From Gnetum montanum (taxonomy: Eukaryota; Plantae; Gnetophyta): a DNA stretch of 64,000 bases. A program made the position numbers and the translations under genes. The DNA is taken from positions 14,022 through 78,021 of the forward strand of contig MNCI01001786.1 in NCBI GenBank assembly GCA_015680685.1, read 5' to 3'. Below the pieces are notes generated by a model that saw only the letters and a program-made list of their open reading frames with translations, did no database searches and was not told the origin of the DNA. The stretch's first letter is position 1; every line of letters starts with the position of its first letter. Of this stretch, positions 25,100 to 39,653 are shown one piece after another.

Positions 25100-27948
25100 A
25101 AAATCAAATGGTCCTAGGAGGTGGAGGCTCCTAAGGTGTTGAAGGATCTTTCCTTGCCTCTGGTGCATGTGGAAATTGAGGTTGAGGCTATGGTGATTGT
25201 GGCTATCTTGTTGTAGCTGCTACTACTGGTGGAAGATGAAAAGCATCTAGTAAGGCTTTCATCTTCTCCTCCTTAGACCAAGGATCATACATAGTCCACG
25301 TGGCATCACCAATGCGAGTTGGTACAGGAACATCCCATAGGCATGGAATTGCTAAGAACAACTCCTTAACATTGATGAACTAGGAAGTGAATTATTTTTG
25401 TATGATGTCAAATGCTCTGATAGCATTCTATAGCATCTAGTAGTTATTCATTCTATTGGCTAGGTTCTTTGCAAAAAATTGTTGTTTTGTGAAGCATGTG
25501 TAGAGAACTTCAAGCTCTGCATTAGCCATTTTAATCTTCTATTTTGTTTTCTTATGATACTTTAACTTTCCCTTATACAAGAGGTATGAGCTAGCCACTT
25601 TCTTTTCAAGTTCTGACCTCAACCTTCTGGCAGTCAGCATTGTCAAGTTCATGTACTAGAGGTTGCCACTTTCATGTACTTTCTTATCTCTTCGATCTAT
25701 AACTCCTTGAGGTGGATTTTTGCTTTTTTGTACACATTACATCCATTGAAGATGGGTTACCACACGTTACCTCCTTTTTGGAGTTACTGGAAGGCCTCAT
25801 TGACATTTGCCTTCACTAGCTAGATCTCCTTTTCATTAAACTCTTTGAGAAGGCCAACTTGATTTCTTTAGTGATTTTTAACTTGTTCAAACTTTAGGGC
25901 CTTATTTTTCCAAGTGGCAATCCCAATTTCTATTTTCTGGTGAAGGGCATAGATGTTATACATTGAGAGATTTCTATTTTTAGTAGCCAACCTCCTCAAA
26001 TTCAAATTCACCTTAGCAAGTTACTCCTATTGTTGATGCAAAAATTCTAGCATTTTCTCCTTTTGTGTCTTGACATTTTGTAGGAAATGAATGTCTCTAG
26101 TTAGAACTACATTCTCCTTATGGGTCTCCATCAAATTTTTTTTGGTATGATAGGTCATGGTCTCTGCTAAGGACTAGTTGAAGATCACCATCTTCTTTGT
26201 GTGCATAGCCTCTTAAAGTTTGTGTTGAAGCTATAGAAAAGCTTCATCTCTTGTTATGGCCAAGCTGAGCATGGTGGGAATTAGCTAGTCAGACTCTCAA
26301 CTCTACAACCTCGATAGCCAATCATCAATTCTCTAATGTATCTCCCTCAAGTTGGGCATTGGCAATGATGAGCTTGCCCCTAGTCTTACGAAGTTCCAAT
26401 TGGATTGCTATGATGGTATCTAGGAGATCAAAGATCTTCAGAAGTAGTTGCATGGCTCTCATTAGTTGGTCTAGCACCTTCTCATGCTGGGTTGCACTAA
26501 GTCTTTTACTTCTTGCTCCTGCTGACATCTACACATCCTTGAGTGTAGTAATATCAAGCACAGAGGCCCTAAAGAATGTTAAGTGCTTCTACCACTTTAT
26601 TAGCCACCATAGTTTCCATTGTTTCCTACCCTTAGTGTTGCATCACCAAGACAGTTGCCCCCTTGGCCTCCTCCAAGCACACTAAGAAAGTAGCAGTGTT
26701 CCCAAAGATTTCTAGTAATTATTGTTATCCTAGAAGGAACACTGTTACTTCTTAGATGTTAGGATTTGACCTTGTAGGCACCTGCATCCTTTGAATAGAA
26801 AATAGTAATACCATCTCCTCCAACCAACTATAGTCACTTTGTTGAGATGGATCAACATTAGTCAATAGATGGGGGATTCACCACCACTTAGTCCAACTTG
26901 ATGCTACTATAGGATTTTCTCAATGGTAGTGTGAGCCTCCGATGTTGTTTCTTCATGATTAGGTGGTGGTAGTGGCTACTCCTCTTCTTGCAACTTGGTA
27001 GGTACTTTATCCTTCATCATCTCTATCCAACATGTAGTAGGATCATGATGAAGGATGTCATTGGTGTAGCAAGTTATACCTTCCCTTTTGCACAATTTGT
27101 GAATGAGGCATGGGAAGGGAAATGCCTTTCTCCCACACTCATTCTCCTGAATCACTTCTCAATCTCCAAATAGATGAGTTGTGGGAGATTGATAGGGAAT
27201 TTACCACTTAGAGTGGCACATGCACGAACAGAGAAGGTTGTGATTTTACTTAGGCTTATCATTGGATCAAGGTGGTAGACCATGATTTTTAAGTACACCC
27301 TCTCTACCTTAGTGATTATGCCATAGTCCTTATGGGAAACTCCATTGCACCATTGGGTCCACTCTTTCCTTACTTTTGGATATGCTTGCATTGATATTTC
27401 CACCAAGGTTACTCAATATTTGGTAACCTAAGGGCCTTAGCAATGACCTCCACACAGTAGGACACACTGATGTTCTTTATCTTCACCATAGCATCAACCT
27501 ACCTATTTCTCTAGAAGAGGTACATCACTCTAATGTACCACTCCCCATTGGAAGTGAGGATAGGCCACATGGAAGAGGCTTGTAGTTGGGTTTTTACCTC
27601 TTCTAGTGTCAAGTTTAAGAATGGACCAAAGTTTAGTTCTTAAAGAACTAAACCTTTGATCTCCTTGGAATTAAGTTGCTTAAGGCAGGCTTCTATCAGG
27701 GTGACTTCTAGGTTTGGTCTACGCTCAGTTGCCTCATCTCGGTGTGATTTCTTAATCTTAGCAGCAAAAATATATTAGACAGATTCCACTTTGGGCTCCT
27801 CTTGAAGAGATCTTATTACATGAATTTTTGTCATTTGTTCTTGGGACTACTCTAGCTGTTGTTGGCCCCTTCCTCCTCTAGGCTACTTTTCCCTATGTTG
27901 GGATGATCCTCCCTCCTACAGCCATTTATCCCTTGGTCTAGGTACCAT
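25100..27948 (-). pseudogene. Decayed 'env-like' accessory ORF
   Basis: ERVYLKIMVYHL.P...ITTFSVR...INLPQLIYLEI (27152-27406), coiled coil (26325-26528) and WDVPVPTRIGDATWTMYDPWSKEEK, homologous to 971-3757. Confidence 0.78.
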
Positions 27949-29939
27949 ATGCAATCACAACATAGTCCAAGATTAGCATTTGATGTGTAACTTAGAGAGT
28001 TTGATACCTTGTCTCCTTTGATTAGTTACACTTAAGCTAGGTTGTTATTATGGTGGATTGATTATTCTAATATTATGTTATTATTATTGTATTTTGATAG
28101 CTACTAGAGTTCATTGGAAAGGTTTAACATTCTTGAGTTAGTGATTTTTAATATTATTGTATTCATTAAACTTTGTGAGAGTTAGAAAAATTTCAAAATT
28201 TCTCTATCAAAAACCTAAGGTTTGTGGCCCCCACAATATAAATCTCACCTCCAGTAGTTGTAGGAAAGAAGACCAGGGTTAATCAAATAAGTGCTGTGAA
28301 AGTTATGGTCTCTAAAAATAGCAAAAACTCCTTCCTTATTGGAAAGCAAATGAAAAAATTTTTGCTAAGTGTTTACGATGTATATAGAGATTTTGTGTTG
28401 CGTTGATGGGGTCCCGTTGACAAGGATGCATCTACATAGCCCACTACATCAATAGGGCGACATCAACATAGTCGTAGGGAAAATTTTTTACCATGAAAAC
28501 ACAAAGGAAGGAAAAAGATCTTTTGCGTCAAATTGAAGTCCAAAGGAAGCTATAAAATCCAACAACATGATGAAATGCTTGAAGAAGGCAAGCATATGTA
28601 GAAAAAGAAGATTTAATTTGGAGAATATTTGTTAAGAAGTGCAAAATGGATGTAATAGATGTGGAATGCATAAGGGTTATAAGCAAAAAATGTTTAAGGG
28701 ATAAGGAACTTAACCTTCCCAACCAAGGAACATGCAAGTGGGTCCTCCCCATAGTAGGCTCATGCCCTTAATGCCCTTGCATGTCCTTAAACCAAGGAGT
28801 CCATGGGCCTCATGGTTGATTAATGGTTGTGGGTAGTTAAGAATCAAATTACCAAGGAAGCCACCAAAGAATTTTAATTATATCAAAACAAAGACATTGA
28901 AACAATCATGAGAAAAGGTAGTGAGGTGGTTGATAGAGAGCATAAATGGATGAAAGAGTGTGGAATGGAGTCCCTTATCATGGTCACATGAAGTCCCTTG
29001 TAAAGTATGTGGTTAATATGACATGATAATGTCCATCCTTAGTCCAAATTAAGACCAAAAATTTCCAGTGACTTCTTATTGACACACTTAGACTATTCCA
29101 TCCCCCAATGTACAAGAGTATCCCCATAGACCAACCACCATTCCAAAGAGAGAAGAAAAGAGAAGTAGGAAGTGAAAAGGGCCTTAATTAAAGGGATGCC
29201 TTCAGGCATGGGTAACATGTCTTTCCAAGTTCATAACTAGTGCTTGTAGCCTCTTATCATGTCTAAGGGGTGTGCTTTGGATTTCCATTTTTTTGTATTT
29301 ATTAAATAGAAATGACACCATGCAAAGACATAGCTTCCTATTATTGGTCAACATAGGAATGACAAAGGATCTGTGGAGATATTGATGCACCCCAGAGGTT
29401 AGCCAAGTACAAAGATGTTAAATCCCCTTAAAGTTACACCCTTATCTCTCCACTTAATTCATCCCAAGTTTGAAAAACACCAAGGTCACAAGTTCATTAT
29501 AAGTTATTTTTAAAAATGAATCTCATACTTCCAAAACAAAGGGATATAATAGAGTTGTATGAATTGGTGGATGATGTGGACTAAATCTATTAACATGAAA
29601 AGAATCAATGTGTCATTCATCAACTTCAAAATTGAAAAATGGAATCTAGACATTTATAATCAAATAATAATGTATAGTACAAAGAACCATCAATTATCAA
29701 CTAAATTTGCACCAAATCCTAGCAGCAAATAAAATAAAATCATATGAAAAATGCAAAATAAATAAAGAAAAATATAGAAAATTTTGTAAAATACTCAAGA
29801 AAGAGAAAAACATATTAAAAATGATGTAAAAAAGCTAAAAACTAAGGAGCTACTTTCTTTCATATCAGGATGGATGGTCATCTCCCCCATGACTAAGTTG
29901 AAAGGGGGAGATCCAAAGGATTAAGTTTGCAAGCCTATC

Positions 29940-30110
29940 AGGAGGTTCAAGAAAAGGTATTGATCATAATTCTTTTATGCAAGCTATCAGGCTAGCATAT
30001 CATCATGGCCTTAAGTGAAAAGGTGTTATGATGAATGTAAGGCCCCTCCCATAATGTGTGAAATTTTTTGTGTTGAGGCACATAGTTTAGGTAGGGTAGC
30101 TTATCTTTTT
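29940..30110 (-). pseudogene. Integrase C-terminal remnant
   Basis: KFHTLWEGPY...PFLEP, homologous to 58560-58720. Confidence 0.65.
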
Positions 30111-30116
30111 GTTATA

Positions 30117-30187
30117 TGATGAGACGCGGTTTTCACTAGGTCGCGATATCGCGTCTTCACCTGCGATATCGCGTACGCGATATCGCG
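30117..30187 (+). mobile_element. First 71 bp of a young LTR (GATATCGCG family) cut by an assembly break
   Basis: TGATGAGACGCGGTT start as at 3929; intact 24-bp palindrome at 30163-30186; single N at 30188. Confidence 0.8.
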
Positions 30188-30479
30188 NCTTGCGTATGGT
30201 GGTCAACAACTAGCCTCACTTGAGCCATGCTTTCTGGACAAGAATTCATGAGGCTCTTGGTTGGTTCCATGCATGTTGCTAGTTTAGCCTTATTTTTAAT
30301 TACCAACCACTGTGTACCTTCTTTCTTAGTGGCTATTGTGTACAAGCACATTTGAATCGTTGTAACATTAGCACACTGTATGCATGCCAAAGGTGATATG
30401 CCCTTTATGGTCCACAGTTTTTGCATGCAATGGCACTCTATGTCATTGTACATGATGCATGGAACTTTCTTCTTCTTAA

Positions 30480-33350
30480 TTTTACCTAATTCATTCTCCT
30501 TAGAAATTTCTAAGGAGAGGTCTCTTATTCCCAACTATACATCTATAGCACTCATCCATCACATTTCCATGATAATAGGAAAGTCATCTCTATTATTCTC
30601 TATATTGATTACTAGGAAATTAGTAGGATAAGATGACCCACAAATGATGGTAATGATGTCCTCAACCAATCCCAAAGGAACAGTGATGGATTAGTCTACC
30701 AATTCCAACATTATATTGCTCTCTTTTAGTGGAGGTAGGTTTTAGGCTTTATACATCTCTTGTGAAATCAAATTGAATTCAAACATTAAGTCCAAAAGAG
30801 CTTTACAAGGTGCATTTCTGGTGATAAGGGAACTCCCAGGATCAGATCTTTTCTTGAGAAGATGGCCAACCTTTATCCAATCAATAATTACATGGGTTAA
30901 CATGACAGTGTACACCTTGGGAGGAGTTTGGTTTGAAGGCTTCTCAAAGGATATTATAAAGGATGTAGAATTAAGGTACATAGCCATAGGTTTTTGTGAG
31001 GTCTTCATGGAACTTTTGATTCTAAAGAATGATCTCTTACAAGGCCTTGATTCAGAACTACTCAACTAAAAAGTTGGCTATATGTTTATGACCCTCACAA
31101 CATGTCTCTACTATGGCTATGCTAGTATTTCTCCCTACATAGATGGAGCAAGTGGTAAAGGAGTTAAGGAAGGAGGTGTAGGAGTGGAAGGATAATTAGG
31201 ATAATAAGGAAATGGAGACTCACCCCTTAGATATGGTTCTCTATAATACTCAGGAGGGTATTAGTGATGTTGGAAGGAAGTGTGACTAGAAGATTCACCT
31301 GGAGAAATGGGTTACTAAACATAATACCCATATGGATCTAGCTAGTAATAAGGGTATTACTACCTTGATGGTGGCATCCTCCATGACTATGGGTGTTGCC
31401 ATTTCTAATACCACTCATGAGGTTGAGGTGGTGCTCTACTTGGATAGTAGGATTATTGATGGAACTGTAGATAGTTACCTTGGGGATAAGGTAAGCTCCT
31501 GGGTGCTTATCATTTAGCCAATCTACAACTCAAAACATACACCCAAATTTTTGCAAGTGTGACATAATGAAACAACATTCCTTAGGATGTTCATATTAAC
31601 AGATGTTACACCCATCATCATCTATTTCAGAATCCACAACCTCTTCTACTGCAAAAACTTTGCCCTTATCCTTATGATGGGCATATGCAACTTCCTTTCT
31701 CTTCCTTCTATCATGTTCACTACCTCCTTGCTCTATGTTCTCCTCAGCAATTCTTAGAGTAGTTTGAGATTTTTCATACAAGGAGTTCCACATTTTATCA
31801 ACCTTGGTCGATATTTTAGAGAAAAATTTTTGGATCAAGAAGGTTTTCTGTTGCACCACTTCATTAAGTGGTGCCTCCTTCCCATTGACATAGAAATGAA
31901 CCTCCCTCTTACAGAGAGAGGGGTCCCTATTATACTCCTCTGTACTTTCTCTCTTTCTCAGCTCACCTTCCTCCTTAGCCACTTAATTAACCTTTGGATT
32001 TGATGGGACCTTAGCTCTAAAAGCCTCCCTTGAGCATAGACCTCAAGAGCTCTTCTCATTTTAATTTAGAGCCTATATATGATGTGGTATAGTTGATCCC
32101 TTTGAGCATAGTCATGGACTGGGCATCGATGCAACAAGGAGTAGTACCTACCCATGGCTACATCCAAGGATTCATGAGTTCCATGTTTCCATCCTTGGAT
32201 CTAGCTTCTCAAGTTGAATACTCAAGAGTATGTCTAATACTTATCATTGAATAATTCAAGTTTTGTACTCCATATCTAAATGGATTTTAGTTCTAAGGAC
32301 TAATACCAACTTTTAGCTTCTTTGATGAGTGTCCTAGAAAATAGTTTCAAATTTTTCCACATATTTTCTATGTTTTGTAAGGCACAAGCATCATGAAAAC
32401 TTGGAGATGATTTTGTGAATCAAAATTATATTTACCTTCAAATTTAGGGATATTATTCATGTCCAACCATTTGATGTAGCTATCTTTCATGTGTCTTGTT
32501 GGTATTCTAACCACCTCCACAATGTTCGACATGTTTCTTATAGTAAGTAGAGGTTCATCATAGTCATAGTGTTCTCTATGGTTCCTATCATGGCCATGAT
32601 GCCTATGATGAGCTCTATTATCCCTTCTTTTTTAGTGGTGGGCCTTCTTTGATTATCTGCACCTATGGTCCCTACTATTTGATAGGATTTGCGATCATCT
32701 CTATCCCACCAATCACCTCCATCATGATCTTTGTTAATCCTATGGCTTGGCTCAAAGTTAGAGGAGGAAGACAATGATGATAAAGAAGGCAAAGAGGAAG
32801 GGGAGCCACCACCACTAGTGCAATGTCTACGTCTTTGGTCCCTACCAAAGTCACCATGTTTTTCCTTTCCTTGGTGCTTATACTCATTCTTGCCCTGGCT
32901 GTTCCCTTTCAAGGCTCTCTAATAGTGGGATCCATTGTTACCAAAATCAAGATTGCTTACAGTTGAGTGTATCTACTGGTTAAATGTATCCTCATCAAAG
33001 AGAGGAGGAGAATTAGTGTATGGAGAGATCCCTAAAAGAAGTCCTCCCCTTCTTTGTGTGTTTGGAAGAATAAGTGGATAGGCCTCTTTTTGTGTTTTGT
33101 GGTCTCATATTGGGCCTCAATCTATTGATCTTTCTTTTTATGTGCCTCTATGGGATGATAATCCTAATAGACATGATCTTGCACTTCATATTTAGAATTG
33201 AGTCCAGCAATGCCCAGTTTGATAAGATTGTTCAAGAGCATTGCAAGAACGGATTATTTGAGAGGCAACATGATGTTGCCTTCCATGTCCCTTCACTATA
33301 GCTGCTCATCCAGATGTATGATGAAGGTGAAGTCTAGAGTATACTCATTC
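30480..33350 (-). pseudogene. gag-protease, decayed
   Basis: gag motifs near 32050-32460 (IPKFEG, LLHRCP); protease region KRSDPGS...KALLDL..FNLIS...VPLGLVEDII at 30550-30860. Confidence 0.8.
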
Positions 33351-34819
33351 AAATGAGCATAAACCACCTTAAACTATTGGGACACTAGCCTCTTATGACC
33401 TTCTTGTTGTTGCTGACTGGATTTGCTTATGAATGGTGGAGAATTTTCCTTGCAAAAAGAATCCATGTTAGTGCTTAAGAAAAATACTATGCTTATGTTA
33501 TTATTATTTATCGTAATTATGTAACCTTAGGGTTCATTACAATGTCATTGAATAATTTTACTAACTTCCTATGTAGCACATGTAGCTAACTAAAGTCCTT
33601 GGCAATGGTGCAAATGATGAGCAGCAAGTAGTTCCTACACCTAACCATACAAATTAAAAGTGTTTACATGCAATATAGTCAAATTCTGGAGAATTTAGCT
33701 TTCTAAGTGCATGTCATCTAGGATAGTGAATCTAAGGATGTAATTGTTGTCTTCTTGGTTCCACTTGTATAAGTGTAAGTGTATGGTTAAGTGTAACCAA
33801 GGCACATGATTTATATAGTTTTATATTTTTATCTATTTTATCCTAAGCGTAAAATAAAGTGAGTAAGTACTAATTAATCTAATAACTATCTAGTGCCTTA
33901 AGCTAATTTCATGCTTATGTTCAAGGTAATCATACTTATGAGTATTAATTAATCGTATTGAATTAACTAGAGACATTGAAGTAAATTGCATGAATAATTA
34001 AGTGTATTAAAGTAAACATTAAGCTAATTCCAAATGTTGCAACGTTTATCAAGAATCTCATCTTTATTGTTGTTACACTGAAGTGTCCTAGTACATTAGT
34101 GTTCAAATAAGGATCTATACACTTTTTGACTCTTACTATGTGCACTTGGAAAATATTCTAATTGTTGTAAAAGCAAACTGCAAGAACTTTGTTAAGCTAC
34201 TAAATGAATGATCAAATAAATGTGGTGGGTGCCTACATTTATATAGGTAGACACAAACACTTTATCAATGCATATGCATTGACACATCTCCCCATGTGTT
34301 TGATGAGAATGCATCGATAGGCATGCATCGATGAGGACACGTCGATGTGACCTCATTGATGCACCCCAACCAATGATTCATTACTAGGAAATTATATTGG
34401 ATAGGAATAAATCTGAGAAGTAGCATACTTTAAACATTTCTTCAATATAATAACTTAGAATAAGTAGTTGTGGGGTAAATAACTTATACAAAATTTTACT
34501 TTAGATTTCTGAAATTAAAAACATCTATTAATAAGACAACACATTCATCTCATAGAAAATAAAAATAAAAATAAATTTAACAGTGGCTAAGTACCACTAG
34601 ATGCAACTAAAATAGATCATATAAAATTTTTGTTATAGTCGGATATGTTTATCTAAGATGCTAAATCAAAGGAAAATAAAGAAAAACATCCTCCTCCTCA
34701 TCAAAAGCTTCCATCTAACATAACCTACATGTCCACTCTTCCTAGGAGAGTTAATCCATCTCTCACTTTCTATTTTGAGCTGATATGAACTAAAATGAAG
34801 CTTACTAATTAAATTGTAA

Positions 34820-35600
34820 GATTTGATTGGGATTTTAGATGTAATATTTGATCAAAGCTCTCAACATTTGTAAGACAACTTCTTTTCATAAAAAGGTTAA
34901 TCTTTTGAACACTATTTAAACTTAATGACTTTGATAAAAAGACTATCACTAAATAATGGATAAAGTTGATTTATACAAGCTTATTTTCATTAAAAAATAT
35001 ACAATAATATTATGAAAAAATTATAATGCAACATTTATAGGATAGATAAAATAGATGTTCCTTTTGATATAAATATTGACTCAAAAAATTTAGATAATGA
35101 TAATTATATTTCAAATAAAAAACTTAACAACATTTCTTACATTAAAGGTACTTTTGAGAAAAATAGCTAGATTTTTAAAAAATAAAACACGATGTTATAA
35201 CACTCTTTAAATCATATAACAAAATCTCCTACTATTTTCATAATCTTAAAAGATAAAAAGAACATTCTAAATAATAATGGTTATAAAATCTCTTGCATTT
35301 ATGGTAAACGTTATATTGTTAAAACTAGTAGAACTTTCTTTGTTAGATTGAAAGAGCACTTGAAAGACATATAATATAATAGACCTTAAAAATGGCAACT
35401 TCTTTAGAAATCATAAGTGGTTAATAAATAATAGTGAAGTTCTTTGTTTAATGGATAATGTTGTAGATAGAAAAATTAGATAAGCCCTTGAAATTAGAAT
35501 TCATTCTTATAATTTTAATTAAGATCAAGGCTATTTTATCCACTTAGCATGGTGGCCAATTTTAACAAAAATTAAGCAATCTAAAAAATTACTTAAAAAT
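34820..35600 (+). mobile_element. Penelope-like retroelement 3' fragment (RT thumb plus GIY-YIG endonuclease), decayed
   Basis: LIKALNIC...VNLLNTI.KLNDFD; ISYIKGTFEK; NGYKISCIYGKRYIVKTSRTFFVRLKEH; RKIR*ALEI...NFN*DQGYFIHLAWWPIL. Confidence 0.82.
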
Positions 35601-36714
35601 TCTTTGTTGGCCAATAATAGGAAGTTGAATAAGCCTTTGCATGGGGTGATTCCCATTTCAAAAAAACTAATGAGAATTCAAAGTACATTCCTTGGACAAA
35701 ATAAATGGTCTACAAGCACTAGTTATGGGACTAGAAAGACATGTTACCCATGTGTGAAGGTACCCTCTAAGGCCCTCTCTCACTTTTTGCTTCTTTTTTC
35801 TTCTTAAATAAGGAATGGTGGTTGTTCTGTGGGAGTACTCTTATGTCTCAAGGGGGTGGACTAGTCTTAGAGTGGTGATGCAAAGTCACTGAACATGGTT
35901 GGTTTTGGTATAGACTAAGGATGAATTTTATTAAGTCATTTAACTACAAAATTTACACTCACTACTAGTTTCATGTTCTTGTTCAATGTCTTGGTTTGAT
36001 ATGTCTAAATTCTTAGGTAGCTTCTTCTGGGTTTTTGTACTTAACTTTCCATGACCATTAATCATCCATGGTGCCCACAAACTCCTCAATTTGAAGTTAT
36101 GCAAGGCTAATAAAGGATATGTGCCTACTTTGGGGAGGATCCACTTGCATTCCTTTGGTTAGGTTAGTTAAGTTCTTTATCCTTAGACATCCTCACAACC
36201 AAATCCTTTTGCATGCCCCATCAATGACATCCAATTATGCACATCTTCAAAAACTTTTTTAATGAAATCTTCCTTTTATTATTGTGAATTCTTTAATCCT
36301 CTTCAAGAATTTCATCATGTTTGGAATTTTCAAAATTTCATAATGGATTGCTTATCCATTTCCCACTATTTTTCAATCTCCCACTAACACAATTAAAGGA
36401 ATCAATCCACCATAATCACAACCTAGCCAAGTGTAACTATTGGTGAGATAAGTTACCTAAAAGCTATATGTTACACATTGCACACTAATGCACAATTTTG
36501 TTGTGATTGTAGTGGGAAGCGTGGACTACAAGTGGGACTATCTTCACCAAGGGATAACTGTAACACCATGCAACGAGGAGCCTTCACGATCATTGAATCT
36601 TCTCCCTTGATCTTCAGCTACTAGAGGAGTTGGATGTTAGTTTTGTTCATGGTGTTTAGTTCTATTGTAATGAACATCCAATTTTGTAAAAAATTGTAAA
36701 TACATACACTTGGA

Positions 36715-37994
36715 TGTAACGACGGAAAACTTTGGTTACTGGAAACACCAAGAGGATTTCCGTGTACACAGTTCCAACCTCGGATCTATGTGAGGGCCGT
36801 GCTAGAGAAAACAAATCCAAGGTACCCTGAACGGTCTTGTCAATCAAACAGGGACTTACTTAGTTAGTAAATTTGTTAACGATTATATAACGAGATGATG
36901 ATTTGATATGAAAATGTAATACCAACTGAGGATAATACGAGATCTACTCCAAGATCGGATCTTGAAGGCAATGAAAACAATGTAAACTATGCAAAACGAC
37001 TGTAAAATTTAATGTAAATAGAATGCAATGAATTGAATTTAGAAAATGCACGATCTTGAGATCTGGGATCTATCTTATGAACAAATATGATGAATACAAT
37101 GGGATTTGCAAGCAGACTCCAGTTTGGACGAAGTATCCGCCACCAACAAGAAGCTATTTAGAGATTAAACAAGCAAAAGGCCAATCTACCTTGTTCACTA
37201 GCCTATCTGGGAGCAAGGGAGTCAAGCTCGAAGAAAAATGTTTGCTAACTTGCAATCTCTAGCCAAAAAGCTTCTCTCTATCACCGTTAATGTTCTTGCC
37301 AACTTTCATCAACTGCCTCAAATTTTTCGACCTCTTTTTGTTGCCAACTTATTTTTTGTTTCTTCGCCAGCTAGCCAACAAACCAACCCACTTTTCTTAC
37401 CTTTTCCAACCTCTTGAGCATTTTCTGCCAAGGTATTTATAGGATTAGGGTTAGGAGAAGAATGTGGTTTAGATGACATGTGTCCTGGGCCCATAGAATG
37501 TCGTTGACCTGGCATGCTACAACTGAAGCTTGTGACGCTACGCTGTGCCACACTCTAAAGCATAGCATAGCGTAACCACCCTGCTGCTATGCTATAATAT
37601 GCTGGGAAGCGTATCATGGCATAATGACTGCTACTATTTGAATTTTTCTATCCTTGTTGTTATAGCTATTTCAACTGTGCTACGGTGCTACGTTGTGTAG
37701 CGTAACGCGGCATAACACATAAAAAGTTAAGATTTGGAAGCATGGTTAACTTGAAAAGTTGAAGTGTTGTCACTGTGCATCCTTTGTTCTATCCTGTCCT
37801 CCTGAAGTCTGCTATGCTAAGTTGCGTAGCATAGTGTAGCAGGCCCTCAGCCGAAAAATAAAACTTGCTGAGATGTGCAACTGTTTTCCAATGCTTCCAT
37901 CACTCGGATGTCTTCATGTTGTGCCTATGAAATCCTTGCCTAAACTTCAAGACTTTGCTAAATCATCAAGGTCTCGAAATTTCACAATGTTTCA
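36715..37994 (-). repeat. Tat 3' LTR (~1.28 kb)
   Basis: Collinear with 52822-54112; ORF-track peptides 37318-37551 and 53425-53658 are nearly identical. Confidence 0.93.
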
Positions 37995-39199
37995 ATGGCC
38001 CCTCTTTGTTGACTTTTGGAGGGCTTGCCCAAGAGACGTCGACAAAGAATGCGAAACACCACAGAGGCAAAGATGCCAGCAACGTTCATCGACTGCTGCT
38101 CAGATGTTGCTATGTCAAACTTGGAAGTGCGAAGGTTAGGAGCGTAAGGAGTAGAAGAGGGATTTCACAAGTGTGAGGGAGAGAGGTTTGGGGAAGGCTT
38201 AAGTGTGAGTAGGATACCTCGCAAACATGTTATTAGATAACTTCTCTTTGGTGTTTTCACGAGAGATTACGTTGTTGCACTGTATATGTGGGGCTTTTCT
38301 AGGTGAGTTGTGTTACGCTTGTATGGCCTGGATGAGTTGCGTATCATCCATTTTGCCTGGAGTTTTCTATTTTTTTTGACGAGCTGCTTTACGTCTATAT
38401 AGGGTTTTAACTTGCATACAGATGCATTCCATGAGGCGAGTTGCATTATGCCAGTTCATGAACGTGACAGTTATCATGTGTGAAAGGTTCCCTGTATGTT
38501 TACATCTTGTAAAAACAGGAGGAGAAAGTAAGGGTAGTTGCAAGGATAAGAGAGGGAAAAAGTATGGTAAGATGGCTAGAGGGGAAAGGCAGGGTCTGCA
38601 TTCCCAAGTAGTCAGGCTAGTCCAAGCAGCCACCTCAGAACGCTGTGACGCCTCGCCCTCCTAGTGAATGCATCTTTGAATGATGCTATTGTAGCAAGTA
38701 ACCTAAAAAATACAACAAAGAATAGAGAGCAAAAGCAACTGTCCTAACCACTAGGGAGGTTGTTGAAACAAGTTTCATCCGAAGTGGAAAGGGGAATGCA
38801 CCATAAAAAGGGGACCGTAGCAACAAGGTAAGGGTACCTTTGTTGAAACTGCCGCTCAAGAATTCACCATTGACAGCCAGGTTCATCTTATCCATCTGAC
38901 TAGGCAAAGAGCCAGTCAGATGAATCTGAGAAGCCAGATCCTAAAGGCAGCGGCAGCTGGAGGCAACCAAGGCTATGGGTGACCATAGTTTCCTTGGGGC
39001 TTCAACTGGCGATGCTGACCTCGGGAGCTACAATTGCTGAGTGAATGTTGTGGTGGCATCTTCGAGGGCTCAGTAGTATGGCCTTTGGCATATCCGAGGA
39101 ATCAGTAGAATGCCGAGGGGTAACGACGTTACGTCTGTTCCAACATCCTACCCGTGCTGTCTGATGGGGATGTCATACAAAAATGGTTAAGCCCACTTG

Positions 39200-39625
39200 T
39201 TTCATGGATGGTCTGTTGGCAAATCCCATTTTTAGGTCCTAGTAGACCGTCATTGTTGGTTTTAAGTCCTAGTGGACCATGGTTCTGATTTAAAGTCTGG
39301 GCAAATCAAAGTGTGCTAGTTTTACATCGTAGTAAATGGTGGAAGAGCTAGTTTATGGTCCTAGCAGACCATGCTGTGGGTGTCAATTTTGTATCGTGAC
39401 CTAGGGACAAGCCTATGTTGGTTTAAGGTCTCAGTAGATAGATGCTTACCTTGCCAATTTTACGTCATGGTGGATGATCGAGAGCTTTTCCATTTTAGCG
39501 TCATGACAAACACGTGCAAAAAATGCTAGTTTTACATCGTAGTAGACGTGTACGACACTACCAATTTTACGTCGTAGCGAACGTTTGTTACAACACTACT
39601 AGTTTTACATCATAGTAGACGATTG
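39200..39625. repeat. Degenerate short tandem array downstream of integrase
   Basis: Recurring (CTAG)TTTTA(C/A)(A/G)TC(G/C)TAGTAGAC units of ~27-40 bp. Confidence 0.75.
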
Positions 39626-39653
39626 TTACCTTGCGTTCTAGCCAAGCTAACAT

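Larger units (their letters stand above)
24016..34383 (-). mobile_element. Old Athila-like LTR retrotransposon, both LTRs present, pol core missing at an internal assembly break
   Basis: LTRs at 33615-34383 (5') and 24016-24881 (3'); perfect TSD CTAGG (24011-24015, 34384-34388); decayed tRNA-Asp PBS at ~33596-33613; PPT at ~24882-24895. Confidence 0.9.

Noticed and set aside
38000-39170. Additional ORF in the Tat 3' region
   Set aside because: Short frames on both strands and isolated splice-like sites; no coherent gene model.
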